Origin: Podospora anserina
Lineage: Eukaryota
Assembly: GCA_017654855.1 (NCBI GenBank)
Contig: CM030338.1
Location: 3,720,001-3,784,000, forward strand
Reading direction: 5' to 3'
DNA length: 64,000 nt
The notes beneath the pieces were generated by a model, which ran no database searches, had not been told where the DNA came from, and saw nothing but the letters and a program-made list of their open reading frames with translations. Numbering within the stretch: position 1 is the first letter of the stretch; each line of letters starts with the position of its first letter. This document shows, piece by piece, positions 19,776 through 31,571 of this stretch. Made by a program: the position numbers and the translations under genes.

Positions 19776-21578
19776 ATGACCACCGAACTGCAAGTTGATG
19801 CCGAGGTGACACTCTCACCTCCATCCACCTTCCTATCACCATGCTCAAAGTTCCGCATCCTGGTGCTGGGTAATCCAGAATCTACCAAACAGGAGCTGTT
19901 TTCCAAGGTTTTTGGAGTCGAGCTTGAAAAGGTGTGTCGACCCCTGCTTACCCCTTCTCACCTCTTTCGATCGAAGCGCTTGGCAAAACTGACCATGTAT
20001 ACGAGCACGCAGAGACTAGTCTCAGACACATTTGATCCCAAACACAACATCGAGTCCGAGTTGGATCTCCAAGGCCAGAACGACCGTCTGGCTGTTCACG
20101 CCTCGCCAAATTTTCTGAACGGCGATCAGAAGAATTACAACCGAGTGCTTGAGTTCTTGTCCAGGAGCTCGGCCTCCGCCGACCACACCGAGCATGTACA
20201 CATGATTTGGTACTGTGTATCAACCAGCGAGGAAGATCGAGGCATCTCGGATCTGGAGAAGCACTTTTTCACACAAGACATCACCTCGGTCCACGTCCCA
20301 GTCGTGTTGGTGTACACCAAATACGATGAGTTTGTGAGCCGGGTCATGTTGGAGTGGATGAAAGGGGCTGGATCTACCGAACGCGGTGTTTCCAAGGTTG
20401 CGGTTGGCCATATTCTCAAAGACATATCTTCCAAGAAGTTTGAAGAGGATATTGGCCGCCATTGGAACATGATACTCCCGTTCTCTATTCCGAGAGTCTG
20501 TGTGTCTTCTGGTGACGAGGATGATGATATTCGCAGCTTTCAACAGCTGGCAAACAGTATATTAGCCAGCTTAAAGGGAGAGGCGGACGTCAAGCTTGCT
20601 TTTGCCACGGCACAGAGAAGTTCCCCCGTCATCTCGACCCAATGTAAGTTTCTTACTTCAGTATTTCTCAGCATCCACGCTGACGCTCTCTCAGTCTGCG
20701 CCGAAGCAGCCACAGACTACTACGAGGTCGACACTGGCCACGCCCGCAAGATCCACGGCGTCGACATGCGCGACATCCTCCCCAACTTCTTCGCCAAAGC
20801 CGCCCAGATCTTCAACCTCCGTGACCCCTCCTCGGTCCTCACCGACCCCTTACTCCTCAACCGCGTCCTCGACTCAACCTTTGGCACCCACCAAAAGCCC
20901 CTCCTGGCCGAGTCCCTCCGAAGAAGCGGGACCGAATCCGGCAGCATCCTGCTCTCGCTCTCCCCTCACGAACGCGCAGTGTTGCTGACCCAAGCCCTCG
21001 CCGGTATCGTTCTTTTCCTACACATGCTCGCCGACAGCCAATGGCCCCACGCCGAGACGTTACCTACATCAGCCCCCTTATCACCAGGGTACACCTTTTC
21101 CACGCCCACAACCCCCCACTTCCCATCCCACTCCGGCTCCGTCAACACAGACCTCAGCCAGCGGCAAATCTCGCGCGAGCTGGAGGATCTCCGGCTCGGG
21201 ACGGGAAAGTCCATCCTGCTCGACACGATCGAGTCCTCGTCCATCTTCACCGAGTGTCAGCTGAAGCAGGACATCTCCGAGCTAATCCTCAAGGCGGTCA
21301 CGCTGGCGGAAAAGTCAGAGATCACCGGCGCGGGGGAGAATAACTACCGGTTTGCGTACCATCAGCATCATGACGCCATGTTCTTGGAGGGGGGCTACGG
21401 GGGTGATGAGGATGGGGTGGGGAAGGGGACGGCGATGGGGGATAGCTTGAGCGCGGCCGACATGATTAGGGATATGTCCATGACGTTTGTGAATGATAAC
21501 ATTGAGCTCAGGGAGGGGACGGCGGGGGAGGGGAAGGTGAAGCTGGCGTGTGGGTTGACGATTTTGCCTTTGAACTGA
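19776..21578 (+). CDS. G-domain (P-loop GTPase-like) protein with degenerate G1/G3 motifs; 3 exons
   Basis: KFRILVLG.., HVHMIWYCV and VPVVLVYTKYD match a fungal G-domain family; introns 19932-20012 and 20644-20694. Confidence 0.72.
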   Translation: MTTELQVDAEVTLSPPSTFLSPCSKFRILVLGNPESTKQELFSKVFGVELEKVCRPLLTPSHLFRSKRLAKLTMYTSTQRLVSDTFDPKHNIESELDLQGQNDRLAVHASPNFLNGDQKNYNRVLEFLSRSSASADHTEHVHMIWYCVSTSEEDRGISDLEKHFFTQDITSVHVPVVLVYTKYDEFVSRVMLEWMKGAGSTERGVSKVAVGHILKDISSKKFEEDIGRHWNMILPFSIPRVCVSSGDEDDDIRSFQQLANSILASLKGEADVKLAFATAQRSSPVISTQCKFLTSVFLSIHADALSVCAEAATDYYEVDTGHARKIHGVDMRDILPNFFAKAAQIFNLRDPSSVLTDPLLLNRVLDSTFGTHQKPLLAESLRRSGTESGSILLSLSPHERAVLLTQALAGIVLFLHMLADSQWPHAETLPTSAPLSPGYTFSTPTTPHFPSHSGSVNTDLSQRQISRELEDLRLGTGKSILLDTIESSSIFTECQLKQDISELILKAVTLAEKSEITGAGENNYRFAYHQHHDAMFLEGGYGGDEDGVGKGTAMGDSLSAADMIRDMSMTFVNDNIELREGTAGEGKVKLACGLTILPLN

Positions 21579-21939
21579 TTTTGTGAAGAAGGGGTTCTTT
21601 ATTGGGGGTGTGGGTTTGGGCTTTGGGATGGTATTACATCGCAATGGCATTTCTTTTGTGGGGTTTGGATAGGGTTTAACGGTACATACATCCCTGAGAC
21701 TAGTTTCGTTTCATACATTCAAAGGAGTTTTGTGATCCAAACTGGTGTCAAGAGAAAATGTACCTTGGTCCATCACTGAGCTCGCAGTGAAGCTCACTGT
21801 CATTCATCTCATGAAAATGTATACACTGATCTGAACATCCTCCATATACGCTGCACTTTTCGCGCATCCCTTCCACCACTCCTGCCATTATCATCTCACA
21901 TCTCTGGGGTATCACATCCATTCAGTCTTCCCTCTGCAT

Positions 21940-22672
21940 TTAGCAAGTGTTGATCATGCTCGTAAGAGCGCTCTTCTCAGCGCTGGTGATGCTCAGACCA
22001 TAAGAGTACTTGACGGCGACCCAGCTCTTGGCGTAGGTGCAGTAGAAGCTGGTGAGGGGAGGCTTCCACGAGTCGGGGCTCTTGTCGCTCTTTGCCTGGT
22101 TGACGTTGTCGGTGACGGCCCACAGCTGGGGGGTGTTGAGGTCGTTGGCGAACTGGGTCCGCTTGGCGGCGGTCCACTGGTAGGCGCCCGAGATCCAGGC
22201 GTTCTTGAGGGGGACCATGTGGTCAATGTCGACGTCGGAGGCGGCAGTCCAGGTGGCGCCGTCAAAGGGAGAGTACCATGTTCCCGAGGTGGAGGCGCAA
22301 GCCGAGTTGGTGACGACGTTGGTGCCGTCACGCTTGAGGACGGTCTCGCTGTGCAAGGGTCAGTATACCTTGATCAAACATGAGGGGTCGGACAGCGTTG
22401 AGATGGTGCCTACCGAGTGTTGCAAGCGCCTGAGACGGTGTTCCAGTGGGGGAAGAGGTCACGGTTGTAACCGCCGTTGTCATAGTTGGCCTTGACAGTC
22501 AAGGCGTTGAGCTGGGTCTGGGCAGTAGACTTGGAGGGGATTCCAGGCTGTTGTTCTTGTCAGTTGTCTTCTCTTCTCATGGCAGAGACCATCGACATAC
22601 AGGAGCAGGGGCGGGCATGGGGATGGCAGACGCCACCACCGCGAGGACCGAAGCGAGAAGGAAGGACTTCAT
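21940..22672 (-). CDS. Secreted DUF1524/HNH-type nuclease; 3 exons (22672-22601, 22547-22414, 22348-21940)
   Basis: Signal peptide MKSFLLASVLAVVASA; YNRDLFPHW, CNTRETVLKRDG, DIDHMVPLKNAW, LWAVTDNVNQAKSD motifs; canonical introns. Confidence 0.9.
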
Positions 22673-23975
22673 GTTGACTGATGGAATGCTGGAAACCGAG
22701 AGATATATTAAATGCAGGAACCGGTGGACAGCGGGATGATGCAGTGTGAATCTCTTCCCGAATCTCAGGAACCACGAGGCCCTCTATATACTCTTCAGAT
22801 GCCACAATGAGCCACGGCCGATCTCCCTCGGTACCTTTGGACAATTGCACATTTTCGTAGGGATCCCGAGTCGCGAGGGCACAGCAGCTGTCGCTGCTTC
22901 GCTGACTTCCCGCATCCCGATGTATGCTCAGGACCAATCCACAGTCATAGGAACTCCTAAATCATCAACATGTTACCCCATGGCTCGCGATACGTGTTAC
23001 ACCCCAGACGGGACCGTGTTCCCTTTCTGGAAGGCGATTGGGGGTTTATGGTCGATCGCCCAAAGTCTTAGCACATATCCCAAGTACCGCCAATTGTCTC
23101 AGATGTAATTCAGACCTATCCCGGCGGACCTGTAAGATCCAAGAAACCCCACAGAGGGGGGCTCTCCCTCAGCTGCCGCCCAATTCCAACCTCTTCCCAG
23201 TGGTAACCAACACCGATATTGTCCACCCCTGTTCATCCCAACTGTGCAACCCCCCTCCCCCAAGTCAGTCTAGACTTGACATCCAGTCAAGATGCAAGAT
23301 AAGCCCACGTCGGGAAGGTTGTGGTGGGGGAATCCAAGAAAAAAAAAGATTCTACGGCTCTTATCAAGGGTCCGATAACCCCTGGCATCCCCCCGCAATC
23401 TTGGTGCTCCAACTGCCATCCATGATGCATCACCAACTGCCTATTCGGGAACTGCCGAGCGGGAACCAATGGAGCCCCAAACCACCAATCACCCTCCTAT
23501 GCAGCACAACGTTGCCGCGAGTGGTAATCTTTTTTGTCTCCCATTTCCCACTTCCCGCCGCAACGGCGAGCGGAAAAAGAAACACCAACCAGAAAGCCAT
23601 GCGGGAAATTCCCTCGCCAAGACCACGCCTTCACCTGCAGCATGCACGAGATGCCGGACTAGGTATCGTCGGACGGGGTTGCCAAGCTTGACTTAAGAGA
23701 TTCAACGTTGTAGAGAAAGCACGAGCTGTAAAGATAGGCTGCTGTTCGTAGACTGATCTGCTATCACAAGCCACGTTTTTGTTATCCTGATGGCTGCTGG
23801 CGCGGAGACATTTGGGCACTTGGGTGATAGCTGACGACGCAGGTACGCAAGATACAACCCCCCCCAACTTGCTATGAATAGATAACCTAGCTACAGATCA
23901 AAGATAAGCATCATACAAAAGACGGAACCCGCCGTATAACGAAATAGAAATTCGTGGAGGTGGCCGACACAACCA

Positions 23976-25972
23976 TCACTTTGGCACCGTGATCCCATCA
24001 CCACCTGCAACTGGACCGACGACCCCTGGTTGAGCCCCCCCGCTGCTGGCATCGCCATCACTTTCGTCATTCTTAGCTTCGCCAACCCCTGTTGGCATGC
24101 CGCCGTCCTCGGGAGTCTTGGGTGCGATCGTGGACCCGGTATCGGACGACTTCTTGGACGCAAACAAGTTGATTCTCGTGGGTATCGACATGCTGGGCAT
24201 CGGAGGCATACTGGGCATGCCGACACTGGGCATGGTCGGCATCGACATCTTGGGCATCTCGACCGATGGTAGTTTCGACGGCAGATACGACCGCAGAGTG
24301 GTGCTCGTTTCTTGAGCAACGCCGAACAGATGCCGCAGATAGGCCTTCTTTTGCTCGCTAGCCTCGGTCTTTTCCCCGCCCTCGTTGCCGTCCAAGTCAT
24401 CCGGTAGAGGGACCAGCGTGGCGGCCGCGGCGATGTCGATGGGCGATTCATCAGGGACATCGTCGTCTGCCATCTCTTGGTCCTCCTCGCCTGTGGCTAT
24501 CTCAACCGCCTCCTCGGGTGGTTTCGCTACTCCCTCCTCATCGACGGCTTTGGCAATCTCCTGCGTCTCTTCCGACTCGGCCGGGATGGGCTCTGCAAAC
24601 TTTGGATCGTCCCAGATCTCGGCATCATCATTGAACCAGTTGATAACAAGCTGTGCGGCGTCGTTGGTCATCTTCTCATACTCCTTGTTCTGATCGGGTT
24701 TGAAAAGATTGATGTGTGCTACAATCTCGTCTTTGGCCCCTTCGATAACATGTCTCGTGAACAGATGTTCCGCCGGGTGGTCTTTGGCCGGTATGGCACA
24801 GAATGTTCGCTCCGGCACGAAGTAGCCTCCGCTCCATTTCCCATTTTCGCCGAGAGACGCAAACACATCCGAAAAGCCGACCCCCCTCAGGGAAGCGAGC
24901 CGCTCGAGTCGACGATTGAGCTCATTCTGCTTCAGCAGAGAGCCTACAAAGGTGAAGTGGTCCGACAGGTACGCAAAGGACTCGCCAATGTTGCCCCTGT
25001 TGACGTACGCGAGCCCCTGGCCGAGCGCATCAACGGACTGCTGGTAGCCCTGGATCACGTCCTCCTTGGTCAGGCTCCGCACCGTACGCATGCCCTCGAT
25101 GATCTTTTTGCGGTGCATGTAGGCGGCCACTCCGCCAGCAGCAATGACGCCGACGGTTCCCGTGCGCATGGCGATGAGCTGCCAGGCCTTCCACGCGGGA
25201 CTGGAGGATCTCTTGACGATGCGGCCTGTAGCAACGCTAACGGCACGTTTGGAAGCGAGGCGTGAGAGGGTGGCTGGTGCGGCAGCCGAGAGAGCCGTCA
25301 TGACGTTGAACACACTGCTCACTCTCTGGTAGTTGGAAAAGGCGCCGTACACAAACATGGAACGCGCAAGGCCGTTGTAGGGCGTGTCGAATGCGAGTAT
25401 GCCTTGAATCAGGGGAAACATGGGACCGGACGCGTTCTCATCTTGCCGTCGTTCATCGAGGATGCGGAAGAGGCAGTCGCTGGCGACAAAGCCACTGTAG
25501 TTGTGTGAGCAGGTATGCAGGCCACGAAGATACGATGATAGAACATACCCCATGGAATGAGCCACCAGAATAACACCAACGCTACGATCGTTGGGCGGCC
25601 ATGGATTGTCGAGATGGGTCTTGCGCAAGTCCATCACGCGCTCCTTGAGCCTATCAAGGGGTTAGTCTTGGCACCTGGCGTGTCGCGTCGTGGTCGACAT
25701 ACCATTCCAGAAAGGCAGCGGTGCTTTGCGCAAGCTCGCCTTTGGTCTCATATTTGGGATAGACAACAGAGGCAACCTCGTGATCCGGTAGGTTGTTGGT
25801 GATGATATCTTGGAGGTGTTTGGGGAAGTTGCCAAACGTGTCGTCGTCTCCCTTGAGTCGCGCGCAATGCGTCCGTCAGCTTTGAAAACAGCAATAGAAG
25901 ATTTCAAAGTCAAAGAAATGGGGCACCGACCTTGAAGCCGTGAATAAAACAAAGCAGTAAAATCCTCTTCAT
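23976..25972 (-). CDS. DUF676-like alpha/beta-hydrolase (lipase-like) protein; 4 exons
   Basis: MKRILLLCFIHGFKG; nucleophile elbow VAHSMGG across intron 25547-25496; LAFDTPYNG; other introns 25930-25852 and 25702-25651. Confidence 0.85.
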
Positions 25973-26489
25973 TGCTATAGCAGAGCTTTAGATAAAAGAG
26001 AGACGGTAATACTGATGTGTCTCCGAGATGCCAAAAAAGATGTTGCAGGATGAAAGTGGATCAGAGTTCCAGCTCCCGCAAGCGAAGAGACAGTTTCTTT
26101 CCTCTCAGTCCTTAGTCCCATTTCAGGTTTCTGGCATTCCGCTCTAAAAGATGGCAGTCGCGTCCAGGGTCGAGTGGCGTTTATGCCGCGTTTGCAGGAG
26201 TTACCCATCAGAGAAAAAGGTGGTGGTGCAAATACGTCATCTTTCACGTCATGCGCGCACCAAGTAACCACCAGCTTCAACTTCATCCAATGAGCAACAA
26301 CTTGAACACAGATAAACAGCACTCGAGATGGCTTCATTTTAAAATGCTTTTATTCTTGTTTTTGATCATATCATGAATTCATAAACCCATAAATCATACC
26401 CGTGTGCTTTTGGTCTACCACCATTCCCATTTTCCATTGCCGTGATTGTCCTTTTTCTCCCATCGTATACCTTTGCGTGTCATCATTCA

Positions 26490-28236
26490 TCACTGTTCAC
26501 GGCTGTACTTTGAGCACTGCCGCCACTTTGAACCATATCTCATCATCAGAATCGGGATGGGCGCCAGCATTAGAGTGCCACCCGCCAGGATGCTGAAAGC
26601 CCACCCGTACCCAAACCTCTCCATCAACGGAGCCGTCGTAAGAGGAAGGAAGGTGCCGCAGAGACACCTCGTCACCATGACTCCTGTCAGCGCCGAGGCC
26701 GAGTATATGCCAAAAGCGTCAACAATATATGTCATGAGGGGGATCATGGCCAGCATGAGGCAACTGCCGAGCAAGCTGACTGAAAAGAGCAACAAGAGAA
26801 GAGGGAGCTTCCACTCGGGGATCCAGCCATAAGCTGCCACCGCGACGGGGAGAGCAAAAGCTCCAATGATGGTCAATGGAAGGCGGAATTCCGGCTTGCC
26901 AACTCCCTTGTGGGTGTGTCGCATGCGGATGTAAATTCTGTCAAGGCAGTGATTGCATAGCAGGACACTGACTGTAGATCCGATTGCTGTAGGATGTCTA
27001 GTTAGCATCAACGTGTATAAGAATAGTCTGAGCAGGGCCAAACTCACTGAAACTGGCATAGCAGCTCCCAACCGCCATCGGTGACAACCCATAAACATCC
27101 TGCAAAATATCCGCCAGCGTGGTGCTCATCACATAATAAAACGCAAAAACCACCGCTCCAAACAAGCTCATGGCCATCAGCACACCGCTCCCAAGAAGAA
27201 CATGGGCCGGCCTCATGACCGCATCACCTAGCTTCTTCCACACCCCCTGTTGGCCAGTGAGTCCTTTCTGTTCTCCTTCGACCCTGAGCTTAACTTCCTC
27301 TTCGTAATCCACCGCTGTCTTGTACCTCTTGCCCCATCTCTTTGCCCGTTTCCTCAAAATGGCCACCTTGTATGTCTCCCTGAAGCACAACAGGAACATG
27401 AGTTCTCCCAGCGACGCCAGTCCAGCTGTCATCCAAATCACCTTCCTCCACCCGATCATCTCAGCAAGCGCACTGCCAATCAACGGGGCTACCGCTCCGC
27501 CGACAAGCGGCGCCAGATAAACCAACGACACGGGACTTCCTCTCTGCTCAGAAATGAACATGTCGCCCACAATGGCCGGGTTAAGCACGTTGCCAGCAAC
27601 CACACACCCCGTCAGCATCCGCGCAACAACCAAGCTCGTGACAGACTGCGAGGTGGCCGTCATGATGGTGGCCAGGATGAAAATGATGTTGCAGACGTTC
27701 ATGACCGGGTACCGGCCGTACATTTCCGAGAGCGGTGCGATGAACAGCGGGCCAGCGGCTTCGCCCAGCTCCCAGATCGTCACGAGAAGGACAGAAGATG
27801 ATTTGCTGGGCGTGCTTCCTGGTGGCGAAAGGTCTGCGACAATCTCGGTCGCCAGAGGGACGAGTGAAATGCAAGTCATTGTGCTGCGTCTGATGTTAGT
27901 TTTGATTCGAAAGAGTGGCTGCGCGGAACCTGGTAAAAAAAAAAAAACATACACAGTAAAAGCCATAAAGGCCAGAATAAACACAATAGCCCATTTGAAC
28001 GGTGTCGGCCATTCCAGCGGGTTTTCTGGGTCCCCAGAGGGATCAAAATCGATGATTATCGGCTCATCGTTGCCCCTGTTGTGATGGTTATGAGACCCGA
28101 GGAAGGCGTCATCTTCGTCGGCGGAATCGGCAGGTGAGTCCGACGTAGCAGGTAGACAGGTGTGATAATGGTGACCTTCGTCCGTCACACTGATGAGTAG
28201 AGGTTGAGTTTCCGGGGTTCCGAGGCGTACGCTCAT
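26490..28236 (-). CDS. MFS transporter, drug:H+ antiporter-1-like; 3 exons
   Basis: DPENPLEW, GPLFIAPLSEMYGRYP, FRETY, PEFRLP, YIVDAFGIYSASA motifs; introns 27952-27884 and 27047-26987. Confidence 0.92.
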
Positions 28237-29450
28237 TTTCTCGCTGTTTACAACTCTTCCCCCTATCAAAAGAAGCGTTTTGAACACGAACACAGCCCAG
28301 AGGAAGAAAGGGAAGAGGGAAAAAAAAGAAGAGAGACCTGATCGGTCTTTTTGTCCTTGAAGGATTGGTGATAACGATTTCCACCCTACATGTACGCATA
28401 CCCCTCCTGTCCTTTTTTGAACATGGACAGGCGGTTCGGATCCAGACTTGAGTCTTCCCCGAATCGATACAACCGTCAGCAGTGGCCGGTCTCGCCGTGT
28501 AACCCCTGCCGTGGTGGTGGTTGAAACTTTTTTTTGTGCTTGTCGCTATGCAGCCAAGAGCAGGGGGATCGCTGAAAGGGCGCCGCTAGTGGAAATATCT
28601 GGGAGAAAAGGCGCGGGCGTTGCGACGCTGATGACCAAACCAATTCACAATGGCAATTGACACTGTGTTTTTGGGCCACAGCAGATGGTCTTACTTCTGA
28701 GATGCTGTGCCTCCAGTGTCTTCAGCGGGTGTTCAGTGGTCTCGGATGGCGGATATAACGTCGACTGGATACTGTATTGAACTGTGTTCTGCCCATTCAT
28801 CACCCCACATTCTAGCAACTTCGAGATTTTCTCCAATGCCCAGCCTCCCCCTCCACTCACATGAAGATTCACCCCTCTCTACTGACCATGTTTGGTGACT
28901 CCCGTGTTCCGATATGCCGTCCTGTTGCGGAACTTCCATCCACCGTCTGCACCTCAAAAAGACCCTTAATCCAATGCACGGCGCCCTTCGGATAACAGCG
29001 GCAATCCAAGGTATTTTCCCCAACAGATGCTTTAAAGCAGTGGCAAATATGTCGTCAAGGTGGCTCGATGCTTTCAATGGTGTGCTTCCAGTGTCCCATC
29101 CACGATAGTTATATCGAAGGGTTCACACCCTGGATACCCAATTCTGTCGATCAATTGGTGAAGCTCAATGGTTGGTGCTGAAGGCCGATCTGACCCAAGG
29201 GTGGCGCACCACCGAATGCAACCCCAATCTTCAGCGCTTGTTTCCCCCGCACCAGAGCGACGTTGGCCGCTGGGAAATGGAAACCTGGCATGTCACGGCC
29301 TGTCACGGGTTAGGGTTTTTCAATCACCCCGCCCCCTTTCCCAGCATTCTCCTTGTTGACAAACCCCTGAAAACAAAAAGAGGAAAACTTTTGTTGGTCG
29401 GGTGATGTTCTCCCGCAGGAGTCCATTTTGAGGGGTTTAAAGTGTATTCA

Positions 29451-30965
29451 TCATGAGCCCCTCATGCCACTCTTCTCCATAATCCACTGCTCAACAACCT
29501 CCATCCCCCTACTAATCTCAGCAACAGCCACAGTGAACTCATCCACCTCGTCCGGAGACGCATACTCCAACACCTTCCAAACCTCCAGGCTCTGCATCAA
29601 CGCCCAAGGCGACATGGCACCTTCACCATCCTTTTGACCGCGCAGCGTATTCCCCTTCCTGAGAGCCGCGCACCACTCCTTCCCCGTCGTCGCATCCCAC
29701 AGCCCATTCACCCCACTGAAAAGAGCGCCCCCAGGACACACCGACCACTGCGTCTTGATGGTCTGATACACAGACCGGACAAAACTGACAGAAATGTACG
29801 TCCGCCTCACCGACTCGGCAATCACCCACACCTGCCAGAGTGTGTGCGGTGCTGGGTTAGGAGGGAGGGCGACCGGGTTGTGCGTGCTGCTCGGCGGGGT
29901 GATGGCACCGACAGACGTGTTTGAGCTGGTCCCTGTTTTGCTGCCCCGTATCAAGTCACTGTTGCCAGACGGCGACGAGCCAGATGAAGACGCGGACGAC
30001 GCATAGGCTTCAAACACCTCGCCTGTGGTGCAATCCAGTCTTGCGCTCTCCAACATCTGGCACGCCCAACGGTGCAGCGTCTCCATGTACGATTCTGCTT
30101 GGTCTCTGGAGCGAATGTCCCCGTCAAAGAGCTGAGTTAACTCGTAAACGAAAAGAGATTGCGTCCGGGCTAGGTGGTTGAAAGTGCCCAGCATGATGTT
30201 TGATGCATCGAGGCTTCCCAGAGGGAGATTCGTGTTTGTGTTGTTTGTGTGGTCAAGATGAGAGTCTGGCTGGCTCTGAATGAGGTCTGCTGCTCGATCT
30301 TGAATGATCCGTAAGGACAGTTCTTTGGCTGCTGGGGTGGCCGCCAGATCATAAGCTGCTCTCGCCGTGTAGGCATCTCGTATGCACTCGGGCATCAAGT
30401 CCCGGTAGAGATGGCGGTGCATCAGAGGACTGTGGCCCTCTTTTACCCACAGTTGGAGCCATTGTTGGTGCTTGTCGATAAAGTTGGGAAGAGAGTCCTG
30501 GCTGATAGCTACCTCGAGCTCGGGCGGCAGGCTCATGATGTGCGCATCCAACAGGGTGGAACGGCGCCAAGATCCAGGAGAAAGAAACCATTGATAGGGC
30601 GACAACAGTGGTGGGCATCTCGGATCGAGGTCTGTTCGTGCTTGTGATATGTCTGGGTGCTTGCCTTTTTCTGTACTGAACCAGTCACTGGTTAGAGTTG
30701 AGGAGGCTCCCGGAGCTCTCTCAGGCTCAGTCAGTAGCCGTGAGACAGCCTCATCGTCGTCAGCAATTGGTAGTGACGTTGCTCCGCCACGACGAGGTGG
30801 ATAGACGCAGACTATCTCTTTTTCGACGCATCTCCTGCACCAAGGCGTAGACTGGTCGCATTTCCTCTTCGACTTCGCACAGGGGATGCATGTTTTTCTT
30901 TTCCGATTACGCCGGAGCCGTGGCCTTGGTGGTGATGTTGCATCTGATGAAGGCGACCCGCTCAT
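29451..30965 (-). CDS. Zn(II)2Cys6 binuclear cluster transcription factor
   Basis: CIPCAKSKRKCDQSTPWCRRCVEKEIVCVYP; C-terminal WVIAESVRRT motif; start taken at ATG 30965. Confidence 0.92.
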   Translation of the reverse strand: MSGSPSSDATSPPRPRLRRNRKRKTCIPCAKSKRKCDQSTPWCRRCVEKEIVCVYPPRRGGATSLPIADDDEAVSRLLTEPERAPGASSTLTSDWFSTEKGKHPDISQARTDLDPRCPPLLSPYQWFLSPGSWRRSTLLDAHIMSLPPELEVAISQDSLPNFIDKHQQWLQLWVKEGHSPLMHRHLYRDLMPECIRDAYTARAAYDLAATPAAKELSLRIIQDRAADLIQSQPDSHLDHTNNTNTNLPLGSLDASNIMLGTFNHLARTQSLFVYELTQLFDGDIRSRDQAESYMETLHRWACQMLESARLDCTTGEVFEAYASSASSSGSSPSGNSDLIRGSKTGTSSNTSVGAITPPSSTHNPVALPPNPAPHTLWQVWVIAESVRRTYISVSFVRSVYQTIKTQWSVCPGGALFSGVNGLWDATTGKEWCAALRKGNTLRGQKDGEGAMSPWALMQSLEVWKVLEYASPDEVDEFTVAVAEISRGMEVVEQWIMEKSGMRGS

Positions 30966-31451
30966 TTCGATAACAGCTGGAAACCTAGGTAGCCTTAGAT
31001 AAAAGCCAGCATATAGTCGGGTGGTTGGATGAGCGGGGGTAAATCTAGAGCGCTCCGGTACTCGAGAACTATCAACCCGGTAAGCCACATGATGTGTGAT
31101 GGATGAGAAGTAGTCGCCGCTCACCCGCGCCAAGTGCTGACTGAGCAACCTGATCTAGCAAGGAGCGGGCCTAAGCGGGTCAGACCCAGACACAAAGGGG
31201 CCCCCTGAGAGGCTCTGGTTTGCTTAAACCCGCTCTCGCCCGCAAGTCATCTGGAACAACGCCAGATTTTTCATCAAACTCATAATCATCGGCGATTGAC
31301 GCACAACTCGTCCGCTCACTCGGCCACAGAAAGCCCGCAACTAGTCCATCGCTTATTAAGTTGTGCTGGTCTTGAACGCCTTTGTCAGCAATGGAGTCGA
31401 TGATGGGGTTATCTGAATTTCTTAGCCGGTGTAACGATAAAAGCTCATGAG

Positions 31452-31457
31452 TATAAA
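31452..31457 (+). promoter_or_regulatory. TATA box upstream of SDR gene
   Basis: TATAAA about 120 nt before ATG 31572. Confidence 0.5.
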
Positions 31458-31571
31458 GGGAGGCATGTGGCTGTCTGATACAAGAGAAGATAATCATTCC
31501 TAAAAAGCAAGCACAGCAAGCAGTGCCCATACCGCATTCCTTTACACATATTTGGCTCCAAATCTAAAACC

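Noticed and set aside
23038-23691. 217-aa plus-strand ORF
   Set aside because: Non-ATG start, no recognisable motif, promoter-like sequence
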